A DNA stretch of 64,000 nt, from assembly GCF_009914755.1 (NCBI RefSeq), contig NC_060928.1; one strand, 5' to 3'. This DNA is from the human T2T-CHM13v2.0 reference genome, Homo sapiens. The position numbers and the translations under genes are program-made. Shown here piece after piece: positions 32,506 to 45,975 of this stretch; within the stretch, counting starts at the first letter, position 1, and each line of letters starts with the position of its first letter. Under the pieces are notes generated by a model. That model was not told where the DNA came from and did no database searches. It worked only from the letters and a program-made list of their open reading frames with translations.

Positions 32506-32763
32506 GGACACAGGAAGTGGAACATCACACACCGGGGACTGTTGTGGGGTGGGGGGAGTGGGGAGGGATAGCATTAGGAGATATACCTAATGCTAAATGA
32601 TGAGTTAATGGGTGCAGCATACCAACATGACACATGTATACATATGTAACAAACCTGCATATTGTGCGCATGTACCCTAAAACTTAAAGTATAATAATAA
32701 TAATAATAATGAAGACACATTAGCTAGAGGAACAAAATAAAGAATGCCAAAAAAAAAAAAAAA
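32506..32763 (+). mobile_element. Young L1PA (L1PA3-like) 5'-truncated 3' end with (TAA)n tail, 38 extra bp and a second poly(A)
   Basis: GGGGACTGTTGTGGGGTGGGGGGAG...GGAGATATACCTAATGCTAAATGA...CCCTAAAACTTAAAGTATAAT. Confidence 0.92.
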
Positions 32764-32804
32764 GAATTTTAACCCAGGCATTCTCAGATCAGAGCTGAGA
32801 TTTT

Positions 32805-32949
32805 TTTCTGACTTTTAAGTTGAGGGGTACATGTGCAAGATGCACAGGCTTGTTACATAGGTAAACATGTGTCATGGTGAATTGCTGCACAGACCATCCC
32901 ATCACTCAGATTTTAAACCCAGCATCCATTAGCTATTCTTCCTGATGTT
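32805..32949 (-). mobile_element. Short older L1PA 3' end
   Basis: GGGGTACATGTGCAAG...GTTACATAGGTAAAC; TSD AGAT(C/T)AGAGCTGAGATTTT at 32786-32804 and 32950-32968. Confidence 0.85.
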
Positions 32950-33270
32950 AGATTAGAGCTGAGATTTTAACCCCTGTCTGAATATAGGTCTCAGGACACA
33001 TTTAGAAAAGGAAAGATGAAGTGATGGTTTAAGATTTTATTGTCTGAGGGTGAAAAGTTAAAATTGTGATATTGGACAAGATTGTCAAAGATAAACATAT
33101 GAGAGAAGAGAAACTCATTGGCAACTATTTACATTTTGTGGGAAAAAAAGTTTAAAATTAAAAGATGAACCAGTGCAAAATATTATCTCTAAGGAAAAAT
33201 GATTATTTTGGTGTGGTTATTTTAACTGTGATGGGATGTTGCTTGGATCAGGTGTATAAAAACTCCATAG

Positions 33271-33419
33271 ATGAATAGTTGGTGCATACCTATAGTCCCA
33301 GCTATAGGAAGCTGAGGTGGGAGGATTGTATGACCCCAAGAGTTCAAGGATGCAGTAAACTATATTACGTCACTGCACTTAGCGCAGGGCAAAAAGCGAG
33401 ACATCATCTCTTAAAAAAA
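33271..33419 (+). mobile_element. Old Alu monomer (FRAM/FAM or AluJ right arm)
   Basis: CCTATAGTCCCAGCTA...GCTGAGGTGGGAGGATTG...CACTGCACT, A-tail; flanking AAAA(C/A)TCCATA resembles a TSD. Confidence 0.8.
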
Positions 33420-35869
33420 TCCATAAATTCCAGAGATAAGGAACCAAGTAATTAAATTATGGAGAGAATTTTCATTATGGTAGTAGTGGTTTTAAAAGAA
33501 GAGCAGTACCAGCAGTAAGGAGTGAGTGGATGGAAAGGATTAAATACTGTAAGTAGAATTTTTCTTCAAAGTTTGATAATGATGAAGGTAAATACATAAG
33601 AATAGCTAGAGTTTGGTGAAACATGAAACACACAGAAATTTTCTGAAGAAAGAGAAAAAATTCGAAGAGAGAGAGATTATGATGACAGTTTGGTTTAGAA
33701 AGGAGCTAAAGAGGAGAAATTTGTTAAACATTGAACTATTGAGCTAATAGAACAATCATGTTTGTTATTAGTGAAGAGGAAAATGGAAATTCATGTGGAG
33801 TGGTTATAATAATCTCAGTAATAATTGAGGCAATGTGGAAGTACAGTGCAGAGTGAAAAAGATTTGAAAATGCTACTGGGGAGAGTCAATTAGAGATGAT
33901 GGATAATATTTCTGAGTCATAGTAAGAATTAACCTGAGATTTCATAGCAAGAATCTGTAAGAGATTTTATAATAACCATTTCATATTTTCCTGTAATATT
34001 AGGAATGCCAATACTAAAAAGGTCACAATTTTAGATATGGATGTTGCTTTACTGTTTTCATGGTTAGGCATTATTTTCTGAATTTTCTTATAACTTTAAG
34101 AACTCTTGAGTGAATGAGTCTTCAGAAAGAAAAAAATTCTCTTGGAGTGGATGCTCTTTCCCGACTCTCCTAATATATGTTAAGGAGATTTTAGGAGGAT
34201 ATTTTAAGAGATTTGGTAATATTTCTGTACAAGAGAGTAATAAGAATGAGGGGAAAATTAAGTGGTTTAACATTTTTGGAATAATACTATTTTTTCCCCT
34301 TGGGATTTCCCAAAATACACTTGTTCAAAGTGAACATCAGTCCCTCATTTTTAAAAAAGATTTCCTAAAGATATTTAAGAGGTTTTATTTATCAGATAGC
34401 ATTGATAGAGTGTATTATTTACCACTTGGTCTGGATCAGTCATCGTCATCATCTTAATGGTAAAGTGGAGAGTGCATCAAATTTTGAGTCTAAAGCATTA
34501 GCTTCATTCCTGCCTCTGACTCTTAGGAAATTTATCTAAGTACATATTCCTGAGCTGTAAAATGGGGATAAAAATACCTAAATGACTTCACAGGTTTATT
34601 GTAATATCCAATAGGTGATAGATTGGAAAGTCTATGTGAATTATTAAGTCATGGCATTTGTTTTTAAATGCCATATTTATCAACAAGCAGGCCCATGCTA
34701 GGCTGAAGCTGAAGCTTCTGTGTCTTCCAAAAACATTTTGTTAGTTTAAATAAGGTTCATCACTATTGGGAATCTTTTGAAGATGAAAAACTTGTTTTCT
34801 AGAATTAATATTTAAATCAACTTTAAATTGGTCTATAAAAAACTAATAAAATTTCAAAGATTTCAGGCTGATTATCTTTCATTATAAAAATATTTTAAAA
34901 TAGTTATTTTATAAAAAACATTCACCTGCATTAGTTTATGTACATCAAGGCAATATGTTCAATTAATATTGTATTCAATAGAATAAGTACTTTGTATTCT
35001 TCATATGATTAGAAAGTTCTGTACTAGCATCTGAACTATAAATAAATAAATCTTAGGATATATATATGACCTGCTTATCCTCAGTGTAACCCTGCGACAC
35101 AAGGATAAGTAAGTACAAAAAAAAAAAGATTAATACCATCAAAAAAATCACTCTCTGGACTGGCTAATAAAAGTGATTCATCCAAGATACATGAAACAAA
35201 GCCATAATATTTACTTAATTATTAACTGAAAACTATATGTAAGCACAGAGCTAAGTTCTGAAAATATGAAGTTCTCCATCTGTGATCATGTGTGCAATAA
35301 GAATTTGAGTGGAATAAAATGTGTGTATCTTGGTAGTCAGAGACAGTAGTGGCATGTGTTCATGGCAAAACAGCTTGAAGAAGAAATTTATTCTGTTAAT
35401 GTAAGCAAGATTTATTTATTTTTATTTCTGCTATGATTATCCTGGAGAAATTACCACAGTAAAAGCTGTGGCACCGCTAACACCCACAGTCATGTTCCTT
35501 CTGTTTATGTGAAAGGCAGAACCATTGAGTTGGAACTCAAGTTTTTACTTGAATGTATTATTCAAAAAAACTTTATGAATGTAACTGATATTTTATACCA
35601 TATTCTATAAGATTATAATTTTTGGCAGTTTTTTCAAAACATGCTATATAAAAGGTTAGTCTGCAGTCCCTACACCTAACACACATATACACACAATGAC
35701 ATAAACATATCCGGTAAAGCTACTTCCTAGAATTTACTATGTTAAGCATCATTGATTGTGGTATTATAGACTGCAGAACATACTGTAGATAATTATTCTT
35801 TTCTACTTTCAATTCAATAAGGTAGCACAGCAGCAACATCATCACAATATTCAGCATTAATTAAATAAA

Positions 35870-36080
35870 TTATGTTCCATGTCTTATTCTACATTCTTCA
35901 TATGTATTAACTCATTCAATCCTTACAGTCCTATGACGTAGTGTTTTAATTATCCAAAGTATACACAAGAAACTTAAGGCACACAGAGGTGGAGTAAAGT
36001 GGCACAAACAATCTTATTAAGTATAAGAGAGGAACTCGGGCAGTCTGGCTCCAAAGCTGCGCTCACAACAACATGCTATG
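35870..36080 (-). mobile_element. MIR
   Basis: ATTAACTCATTCAATCCTTACA...AAACTTAAGGCACACAGAGGT...CAGTCTGGCTCCAAAGC. Confidence 0.7.
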
Positions 36081-37059
36081 AGTGATTTCTCATAGCTTTA
36101 TTATCTACTTTTAGTTCATAGCATTTGCAGTTATTGATCCATGGTGTTTTCTCAAATGACAAAATAGTATAAGATTCTGTTTTGATCACTGGATGTAAAG
36201 TGATTGTGGTTAGCATGTTGTGTCTTTTGATTGGACAAGCTATAACAGCCAAATATCTCTTGATGGAATGCTCGTATTGAATTTCTCATCAAAATATTTT
36301 TTTCCAAATTAGTTTTGAGGTATAGATTTGCTATCAGGAAGTCATATGAGATAACATTACATTTAAACTTTTCCTTTCAGAGTTTCTCTCAGTAAATTCG
36401 AATGTTTGAAAACAAGGCCACTGTGAACCATTTAAGAATCTTCAACCAAAGGAAAAAAAAGGTTAAAATATCCCCATACTCTTGTTTTCAGCAATAATAG
36501 AGAATATTTTCACCTTTCAAGTACAGACTAAATATTGATTTATACATACAGAAACCTACTATGAATGAGATTATTTTATTAAAAAGGAAAAAAATTTGAA
36601 GAGTATAAATACAATCTGAAAGGTTAAAAAAGAGGTAATACTAAGAAGAATTCAGTTTGATAAAGACATATTGTGATTTCCTCTGGTTACTTTATCGCCT
36701 TAATAGTTCAGACTAAGAAAGTCACTAAATTTTTCAAGTTAACTTAAATTTTTGGTGGTATACCTTTTTAGAGTAATTCATTTTCTCACTGTGATAATAT
36801 CTTTATATGCTAAAAAGCCTGAAAGTATATTTTTGTTTAATGTTCCTGCCATCATTTAGGAGAGAAATATTCAGTATTTTTATATACTGAAAGTTATCTT
36901 GATTCCTGAGAGCTTACATTATTAAATCTTAGAATGCTTGACTATATTAATTTTTTCTTTAATTTAAAAGTTTTTCACATTAATTTTTCAATTAAATGGT
37001 TAATTTGCAATTTCATGATACTCAAGAAATAATTGTCTAATAGGATTGTGCTATCACAA

Positions 37060-37520
37060 AATCTTAGAGCTAGAAGATCCTCAGAGATTAATCTAGCTTA
37101 AATCACTAATTTTACACTTGAGGAAAATGAGGTCTGAGAAAATATGTGAGTCACTGAAGATCAAGTAGATAATTAGAGGCAAAAGTAGAAAGAGAGTCTT
37201 CAGACTATTGCCTCTAAGTAAGGGATATTTGAATTGGAACCAGGGAAATAGTGTTTCGATTTATACTATGAGATAGTAATACACAGTGGTTAGGGCACAG
37301 GCTTTATATCAAGAAAGCCTGCATTTAAAAAAACCCAACCAATCACTTATTAACTTTATGAACTTGACAAAATTTTTCAGCCCTAGATTTTTTATCTGTA
37401 AATTGAAAATAACAATATTAGTTACCTCAGGAGTCTATTGTGACAATCAAGTGGGCTAATAAATGTAAAGCATTTACAACGATGTCTGGTACAAAGTGAT
37501 TCTTATGCTAGCCTATATTA
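37060..37520. mobile_element. Two adjacent MIR fragments in opposite orientations
   Basis: GAGGAAAATGAGGTCTGAGA (~37120) and TTTTTATCTGTAAATTG...TGTAAAGCATTTACAAC (~37390-37480). Confidence 0.6.
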
Positions 37521-39105
37521 TTGTAAAATTGCGACTGTTTCTCATCTCCAATGCAATATAAATCTGTTGGAGGAATGTTTGAAAAATACAAAAAATCAGA
37601 AATAAAATAGATAATTGATAATACCTAAAACGATTAGCCATGTACTTCAAGATTTTTTTATTTGAATCTTTTATTCTGTGTACATTTTGCTTTTTCACTT
37701 ACATTTTAAAATTCTGTTTTACAGGATTATACTTAGAGATCTGATTTTTGGCATCAGGGAAGTCTAGATATCCTAATTTTCACTTGCTACAAAATACCTA
37801 AAATACTGCATAAAATACAAAAATAATATTTTTGATGCATTGATGAGCTTTCAGCAAAATAAGTAACTCAATCACTCATTTAAGTCCAACACCAAGCCAT
37901 ATGACAAATGAAGATAGTATTAATCCTGAAGATGTCACTTAGCATGGGGGTATCTATAATCAGAACCTGAGTGGCCTAGAGATTTTTAAATATTGTGGTA
38001 AGAGCATCACACAAAATGTAACCTTTAACAAGTTTTTAATCATTAAGTATAATATTGTTAATGTAAAGCTTTTCATGGACCTTTGCAATGCGTATGGAAA
38101 AGAGATTTGGGCCCATGGGTGGTTGGGGTTTTCTCTCAGGTTGTGTAATCTTGAATGCACAAAGGACTATCAGTAGGAGTAAGTTTAAAACGAAAAACAC
38201 AAAAACACCAAACAACATAGCGATTAAAGGGGAAGTGGGGAGTATGAAATTTGTCTCAGCCTTGACTTTAGATGGAGTGTGGAGAAAAATCTCTTCTGAG
38301 AATTTATTGTATGAGAAGGCTGTCATGTGGAAGTGGAGCCTTAGCACATGTTATTTGTATAGTGCAGAGGAAATAAACCTAGATTAAGTTTAAAATGGAC
38401 TCAGGGCTTTCCCAAGTATTTTACAAAAACATATGTAAAATCTTCCTTGAGTGTTATATCTTCAACCCATGCATTTTATGATTCTCACAGAGAAGATACC
38501 ACAACATAAGCAAAATCACAAAACAATTATCAAATACACAAGGGATCAAGGGACCATGGGTGAGAGACAGCAGACAAAAATGAGAAGCAAAGTATAAAAT
38601 AGGTATGGTTAATTTGTTTAAACAAATAAGACAGAGTCAAATCATTAATAAAAGCAAAATACATTCACAAACAACCAGCCAGAATCAGGAGAAAAGGGAA
38701 ACATAAAACAAAACACATGAAGAAAACAGAGAACAACTGGAAATAGGAAATATAATAACTAAGGTAAAAACTCACTGGAAAGTTAGCAGAATAAGCACAG
38801 CTGAAGAGAACCATAGTGATCAGAAGACTGATATGAAGACATTTTGCAGAATCAACAATAGAGCATTAAACATACTTTAAAAATTAGATACAGGTTATAA
38901 GACATGAGAGATTATCAAGGACCTAGAGATCTATAGTATACGTATGGAATGGGCAACAAACAGTATTTTAGGAGGCAGTGGATGTTAGCATCTGGTAGCA
39001 GGGAGAATGAAGGAAGCTAAGGGTCCAATTTCATAGTAGACTTTAGCTTACATTCTCTATTTTTAACTTAAATCTCTCCGTTTTTACCTACTTGTTCCTG
39101 TTTTC

Positions 39106-39950
39106 CAGTGATGTGCTAATTAATGTTGGTTCGCTGAACAAAAACATAACTTAAAATGTAGGTGTATATGTTATATATATGTGTTTATTGTAAATTTTTC
39201 TAATATAAAAGAAGTGTAACAAATAATATTTTACTGTTATTAGTAAATTATTAGCTGAGTGTACATTCTCTATAGCCAATTGATTCTCACAGAATGCTTT
39301 CACTGATTTTTGCTAACTTCTTATATCCATAGCCAACATATTTGTGCAATTTAATAATAATTTGGCCATTGGTGATGCATCCCAGCCCACTAATTCTTTA
39401 TACAATAAAATTATGAAAATTTCTTCTGATATGTTTTCTACTGTTAAACTATTTCTCATTCTTCTAAAAGTATATTTACTAAACTGAAATATCACCTTGA
39501 GCAGCAGATACAACACACTTTTAGGTTTGCCTGCATTATTTATATTTTCACTATTACTTTATTAAACCTAGACAAACAACAAAACAATAAATCAAGCTCT
39601 GATTTGTAGTGTTTGCTGATTTCCATAAGTGTGTAAATATTGACACTATGGCCAATTTCATTTGAGCTATCAGTGTGATTTTACTGAGTGCAGAGTTAAA
39701 AGATGTGCAGTGACACATCATTATATAGTATTGTATAGTATTTCCACCATACTAATACAGATACAGACAAAATATGATCGAGAGCATAGCTAATAGTAAA
39801 ATAATTAGGAAGATGAGAATTTTTATTTTATCATCTTTGTCCTTAATATAATTGAGAGTTTATATAATTTAATTATTAATAATGCCTATGTTTAACAATT
39901 GCTTACCACATTTCTAAGGATACAACAATCAGCTCTCATTAGCCAGCAGG
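39106..39950. mobile_element. hAT-Blackjack DNA transposon fossil (MER63-like)
   Basis: CAGTGATGTGCT start; TTTGCTGATTTCC...ATGGCCAATTTCA; ATGTTTAACAA...AATCAGCTCTCATTAGCCAG end. Confidence 0.6.
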
Positions 39951-40066
39951 AGAAGGTGCCTGTTTCCTTCTGGTGTCCATGATCACGGAGCAGCTCCCAC
40001 TTATTTTCTCCAGAGAGCATTCTCCTCTTATGTGGCATGGGAGAGGGAAAAAGATGACAGCAGTAA

Positions 40067-40409
<343 letters not shown>

Positions 40410-43206
40410 CCACTGTTCTGTTTACACACTTTCAGCAAATACTTTTGTTTTCATCCATGCCTGCACCCATAACTTCCACAGGGACTCATGCCTCCAATCT
40501 GGGCTTCTCTGAGGGCAAATTGGATCTATTATTATTGTTCCTCCCATTGAAGGCATTTAATATGAAACTGTCCATTCTCCTAAATTGGTTGCTATGATTC
40601 CTGTCGTCTCCAAATCACTTGAAATCTTTTATTTTCTTTTAATCATTTTCCTTTCACTTTTTCTTTGTGTGTTAGAATTTTATTTTGTGCCAGTAATTGT
40701 GGGGTGGCAGGTGGCTGCTGGAGAGGTAAAAGCAATAATTGCTGGTATCAGTCCTTCAATATTTAATCAGAAATATCACTTGATGTTTCTTATATTCATA
40801 ATCCCAGGGCTCACTAGATACAGTTAATAGTGAAAAAACGATACAAAATACGGAATAGTAAATATTCCATCATGTCTTTGTATATGTTACCTCAGATTAA
40901 ACAGTAGAAATAATAATTTGTTGTTTTAAAGTGTACTTTATCAACCCATTGAATTTTTTTTTCTCGTATGTATGCCAAGAAAAAGGTCAGTCCTATGTCC
41001 TCAGATATGCAACATTTATAGGTGTCAGAGTCTGAGAATCTTAATAAGGTCTATTATTTTGGAATGTTAATAAATAGTACCATGGTATCAGGTGCTCCAT
41101 CTTAGTATGGACACCATATAAGATCATTTCAAACCTCCTCAGTACATCTGTCATCTTATATATTGCTATAAATCATCCCCATTGAACTACTTCAAAATGT
41201 TTCACAGGCGACTCCCCTAGGTATTCAATTAAGCACTGAGGTTTGCAGAAAGGTGTCAAAAGTGAAGGGGAAAGAGGTGGAAAATGGAATTGGATATAAC
41301 ATGCTTCTTTCTGTCAGACACAATTTCTTTTCCTCAAATAGCCAGAAAACGTGTTAAGGGTTTGTAACAATATATAAAGAAGTGATGAACAGAAAAAGGC
41401 ATAAGCCTGTTAGTGTGTATATGGGAAAATGGGTTCTACACATGTATAAAAATTAGATTTTTAAAATTTTAATAGCTGAATGTTAGATCACTAACATAAC
41501 TGAAGCACATATTTTAAAATATGTTTTTTCTTTTTTTTTTTTCTTGTTCTTTACTGGGAAGAACAGGGAAGATAAAATTGTAGGTTTTATTCACAATAAC
41601 ACAATGAAAGTAATTATATAATAAAATCAGTAATTATATTATATAATACATATTTATAAATTATATAATTATATTATAAATTATATATTTTATATTATTA
41701 TATAACAACATTTATAAAATTTAAATGCAATGCTTATAGGAATCCATTTGGACAGTAGTGTTAGAATAATTCCTGAGCTCAGATAATTATAACAGTGTGA
41801 TAAAATGTTGTTTTATTCATTTTGGAAACATTTCTGCACTCAATATTGTCTATGTTCCCACTGTGAAATCTCGGGTCTAGACATCTGTCATTTTACAAAA
41901 TAGGCTATAAGGAAATCACTGTTGAACATGGTGTAGCCGTTATCTACTGCTCTGATTATGTGTTTTGAGGGAGCAGAATATAAAAAATGGCTACCCTGAT
42001 GCTTGCATAGCTTATTTCTCCATCCTTGTACTTCATCACAAACTCCGTGTGTATTCTGTGTTGCACATATAATGAGTTAGAGTACTTAGATTCAACTTCT
42101 TATATCTCAGTTATTTGTACTTGTAAGTGGACTTGTAGTTCCCACTGAAATAACAAGTCTCTCCTTTTCTGCCCCACGAAAACCTTCTCACTCTTTAGTA
42201 ACTGCTCAAGTGTCATTTTCTTTAGGGACTTAGCCTTTGCTACATATGAAAGCTTTCCTTAACCTGATGTGTTGTCCTAAGGATTCCTCTCTTTAGTTCT
42301 TCCACAGCATCCTATGCTTAATGCAGGAACTATTTTCCTATACTGTAATCAGCCTTTTTCTTGGTTTTAGCTCGCTAAATCCTAAACATCTTTAGAGCAT
42401 GGCTTGTGTCTTCTTTTTATTCTTAACCGAAAGTAGGTATTTGTAACATTAATAGTTTGTCAGTTTCCTCTAGTGAGGCATTTTATTGTGATGGAATTAG
42501 GCATTGATAAGAGTGAAGTAGGAAGAAAATACATTACGGAGGCTGGAAAGATTAGTAAGTTATACTATAAATGCTTACTAAATTAGATGGTTTTAAACTA
42601 TAATCCAATTGTAGACAACATCCATGTGTGGGATTAATTAATGTATTCTATGCATTGAAATTGTGAACTAAAATAAATAACAAAGCTTCTGTATAAAGGG
42701 TTATCATATTCCAGGAAGGAACTATTTCCTTCTTTTTTTATAGTGAGTATTAATGAGTATAATGAGAAAAAAAAAAAGAAAAAAACAAGAGATCTATCTC
42801 TCTGTTCTTCTCTTTTTTTCCTGTTTCTCTTTCAGAAGTAATGAGTTTTGTAATGTTCCCTAAAGCCCCAAAATTCAGATATCTGCTAAAGGCTCTCAAA
42901 GTCAACATAATAAAAATCATGCTTTAGATAACAATATGTATCTTCCAAAAACTATAGAACTCAGATCAGTGTCCATACAACACCAGAAGGAAGGGTAGAA
43001 AGTAAACTCTGATTTGAGATGATGGATAGATAAGCCTTAATTTAGAATGTGACATAAAGCAAAGGCCCAGGGCTTAGTGCTGGTTTACTGAGCTCTAGGA
43101 TTATCTATCGTTAGTCAGGACTTGAATGAAACACTTGAGTTATTTTACCTGTAAATAACAGGTTAGGTTCTATTATGTGTTTTTAAAATTTAAATCTTTT
43201 TAAAAT

Positions 43207-43374
43207 TTAAAACATTTATGTACAAATGATACTTCTCTTACAATCACAGGATTTCTAATTAGGAAAATAATTTTAAATACTTTCAAATGTTGTTTTCATT
43301 TTTTAAATTATTTTTTTAAATTAGAAATCCTGTAATTGTGATAGAGAAGTCTCATTTGTACATAAGAGTTTTAA
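43207..43374. repeat. Imperfect inverted repeat, ~70-bp arms, ~23-bp spacer
   Basis: Left arm TTATGTACAAATGATACTTCTCT..ACAATCACAGGATTTCTAATT; right arm AATTAGAAATCCTGTAATTGT..AGAGAAGTCTCATTTGTACATAA. Confidence 0.9.
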
Positions 43375-44103
43375 CTTTTTGTTTTAAGTAGAGTTTTTAT
43401 TTAACTTGGGTTGCAGCTGAACAAAACATGTTTTTAACATTAAACAATTTTACTTTCATATCTGTTTGCCTATCTTCAACTCTGCATGGAAAGTATATTG
43501 AATAGATTTTTAGGATATTGTCAAATCTTGTATCAAATCCAAAACTCTGATATCTACATTGATATAGGATATTTCATTTAGTCGCAAGAGAAACTGTTGA
43601 TAAAAGAACACTTTCCCCAATGAACGTTTTAATAGCTTTTCAAGGGTATTGGATATGCTTGATTTTGTGTTCAATTTTTTTCTGCCCAAGAAAACACTTT
43701 GTGTTACTGTAATCAACTACAAATAATGTCTTCACATTTAAAAGGCTGAAAGGTTCTCAGTTTTTAATAATAATTAGAAATAATGAATGCTTTGTTCTGT
43801 CTAAAATATATTTCATTGATGTTCAGAATTTCAAACACTTCATGTATTCACTGTTTCAAAGGTCATTTAAATTTGAAGACTTTGCGCTTTAAAATCTGAA
43901 CATGGCCTTAAAATTTATATCTTTTAGCATCCTTGCTAAGTACAATTAGCTGTTTTTTGGAATTAGACTATTATCACTATTATCACATATTAAAATAATT
44001 CTTTAAAAGGGCATCAGTTTACCTATTTTTCCACTGAAATAGTTTTTAATTTTGTATTTTCATTCCTTTATATGGTTTTTATGCACTTAGAAATTCAAAG
44101 ACC

Positions 44104-44385
44104 AGTCCGGGCACAGTGGCTTACACCTGTAATCCCAAGAATTTGGAGGCTGATGCAAGCATGTCACTTGAGGCCTGGAGTTTCAGACCAGCCTGGTCAA
44201 CAATGCAAAACCCTGTCTCTACTAAAATACAAAAATGAGCTGGTCATAGTGGCACACACCTATAATCCCAGCCACTCTGGAGGCTGAGACATGAGAATTA
44301 CTTGCACCTGCAGACGGAGTTTGTAGTGAGCCGAGATCGCACCACTGCACTCCAGCCTGAGCCACGGAGCGAGATTCTGTCTCGA
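44104..44385 (+). mobile_element. Diverged Alu (AluJb/AluSz-like)
   Basis: CCGGGCACAGTGGCTTACACCTGTAATCCCA...GAGATTCTGTCTC. Confidence 0.88.
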
Positions 44386-44534
44386 AAGAAAGAAAAGAAA
44401 GGAAAGGAAGGGAAGAAGTGAAGAAAGGAAAGGAAGGGAAGAAGTGAAGAAAGGGAAGGAAGGGAAGGAGTGAAGAAAGGGAAGGAAGGGAAGAAGTGAA
44501 GGAAGGGAAGGAAGAAGTGAAGGAAGGGAAGAAA
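44386..44534. repeat. Purine-rich (GAAGG/GAAAG) tandem array in the Alu tail
   Basis: Repeated GGAAGGAAGGGAAGAAGTGAA units, almost entirely purine. Confidence 0.92.
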
Positions 44535-45766
44535 TAGCCAAAGACCATGACTACAAATTATACATTGAAAGTAGATTTGGTTAATTAACAATTTTTACAG
44601 TGTTTTCTCTTTATGGCATGGCAAAATAATTTCGGATTTCATTATTTCATTTCATATTTTAATTTATCCCCTAGTATCTATAAGAATATAAAATCATTTA
44701 CTGCCAAGATACAATGGGAAAAATTAACAGTAACTTAGAAGGGCACTTGAATTGATGAGACAGATGTAGCACCAAATCCCCTACATAAGTAAGCCAATTA
44801 AATCTTTGTCAGTGAACATGCAGCACCCAAGTCCCACAGACGTGAAGTGACAGGCTTGGACTTTGAACCCAGGGCCATAAGCTCTTTCTGGTGCATGACA
44901 CACATTCTGAGCATATAATAAGTGCTAATGTATGTTCAATTTTTCATTGTATTTTTCTGATTTGATGTTTGTTGCCAAGAACACAGTATATTGAGTATGC
45001 AGACACATCTCAATAAGTATTTCCCCTATAATGTGAAAGGGAAAAAAAAACTTTGTTTCTCAGTAGCTTTATGAAAATACAACTTAAATTTGGAAAATTA
45101 GACTGCCTCTAAAAGAGCAAATGGTGCATTTTAGAACTCCTGGGAGACACAACAAAGGGAACAAACAAAAGAGCCAGATGGAGAGGTTGGAAGGGAGAAG
45201 AAGATTTTCATTTTGTTAGATAGCAACAAATTTTTCATTCAACTACATATAACGAATTCCTAGATCCTAACTACCTGGTTTATATATTCGTACCTTCTCT
45301 CTGTCTTCTGTTTTCCACTATTCTTGAGTCAATCATTATTTGTGATGTCATGGAGAAAAAATGAGGTAAGGATTTCTGATTATCTCAGGTTTGAGGTTTT
45401 GAAGAGATTGAATAATGATTTTGGGGTACAGCTTGTGTCTAAATGTATTTACATTTTCAAAGGACCAGAATATCCATAGATTAAACTTAAGGGCATAATG
45501 GCCATATTTGTTAAAAAGCTAAAAACAAAATTACCAGTTTATCCTAAACTTAACTAAAGGTGCTCTAAATACACAGAAATCATCATTTTGCCAAGTCAAC
45601 TGCATTCTACTATTTTTTTTTTTTTCTGATGCTGGAGAATTTGGCATTTTCACTATATGAATCACCATCAAGATTATTACTTTCACAAAAGAGAGGAAAT
45701 CGGCAGAACTGAAATAGATAAGCACAAGTTTACCTCTCTTCTCTCTGTTTTTACCATCGTCTATAG

Positions 45767-45975
45767 CAGGGGTGTCCAATCTTTTGGATTCTGTGGGCCA
45801 CATTGGAAGAAGAATTGTCTTGGGCCACATATAAAATATACTAATGAGCTAGAAAACAAAAATTGCAAAAAAAAAAACAACAAAAAACAAAACTCATAAT
45901 GTTGTAAGAAAGTTTACGAGTTTATGTTGGGCCACATTCAAAGCCGTCCTGGGCCACATGTGATTGGTGGGCCTA
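45767..45975. mobile_element. MER30 (hAT-Charlie)
   Basis: CAGGGGTGTCCAATCTTTTGG...GGGCCACATTGGAAGAAGAATTGTCTTGGGCCACA...CATTCAAAGCCGTCCTGGGCC. Confidence 0.88.
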
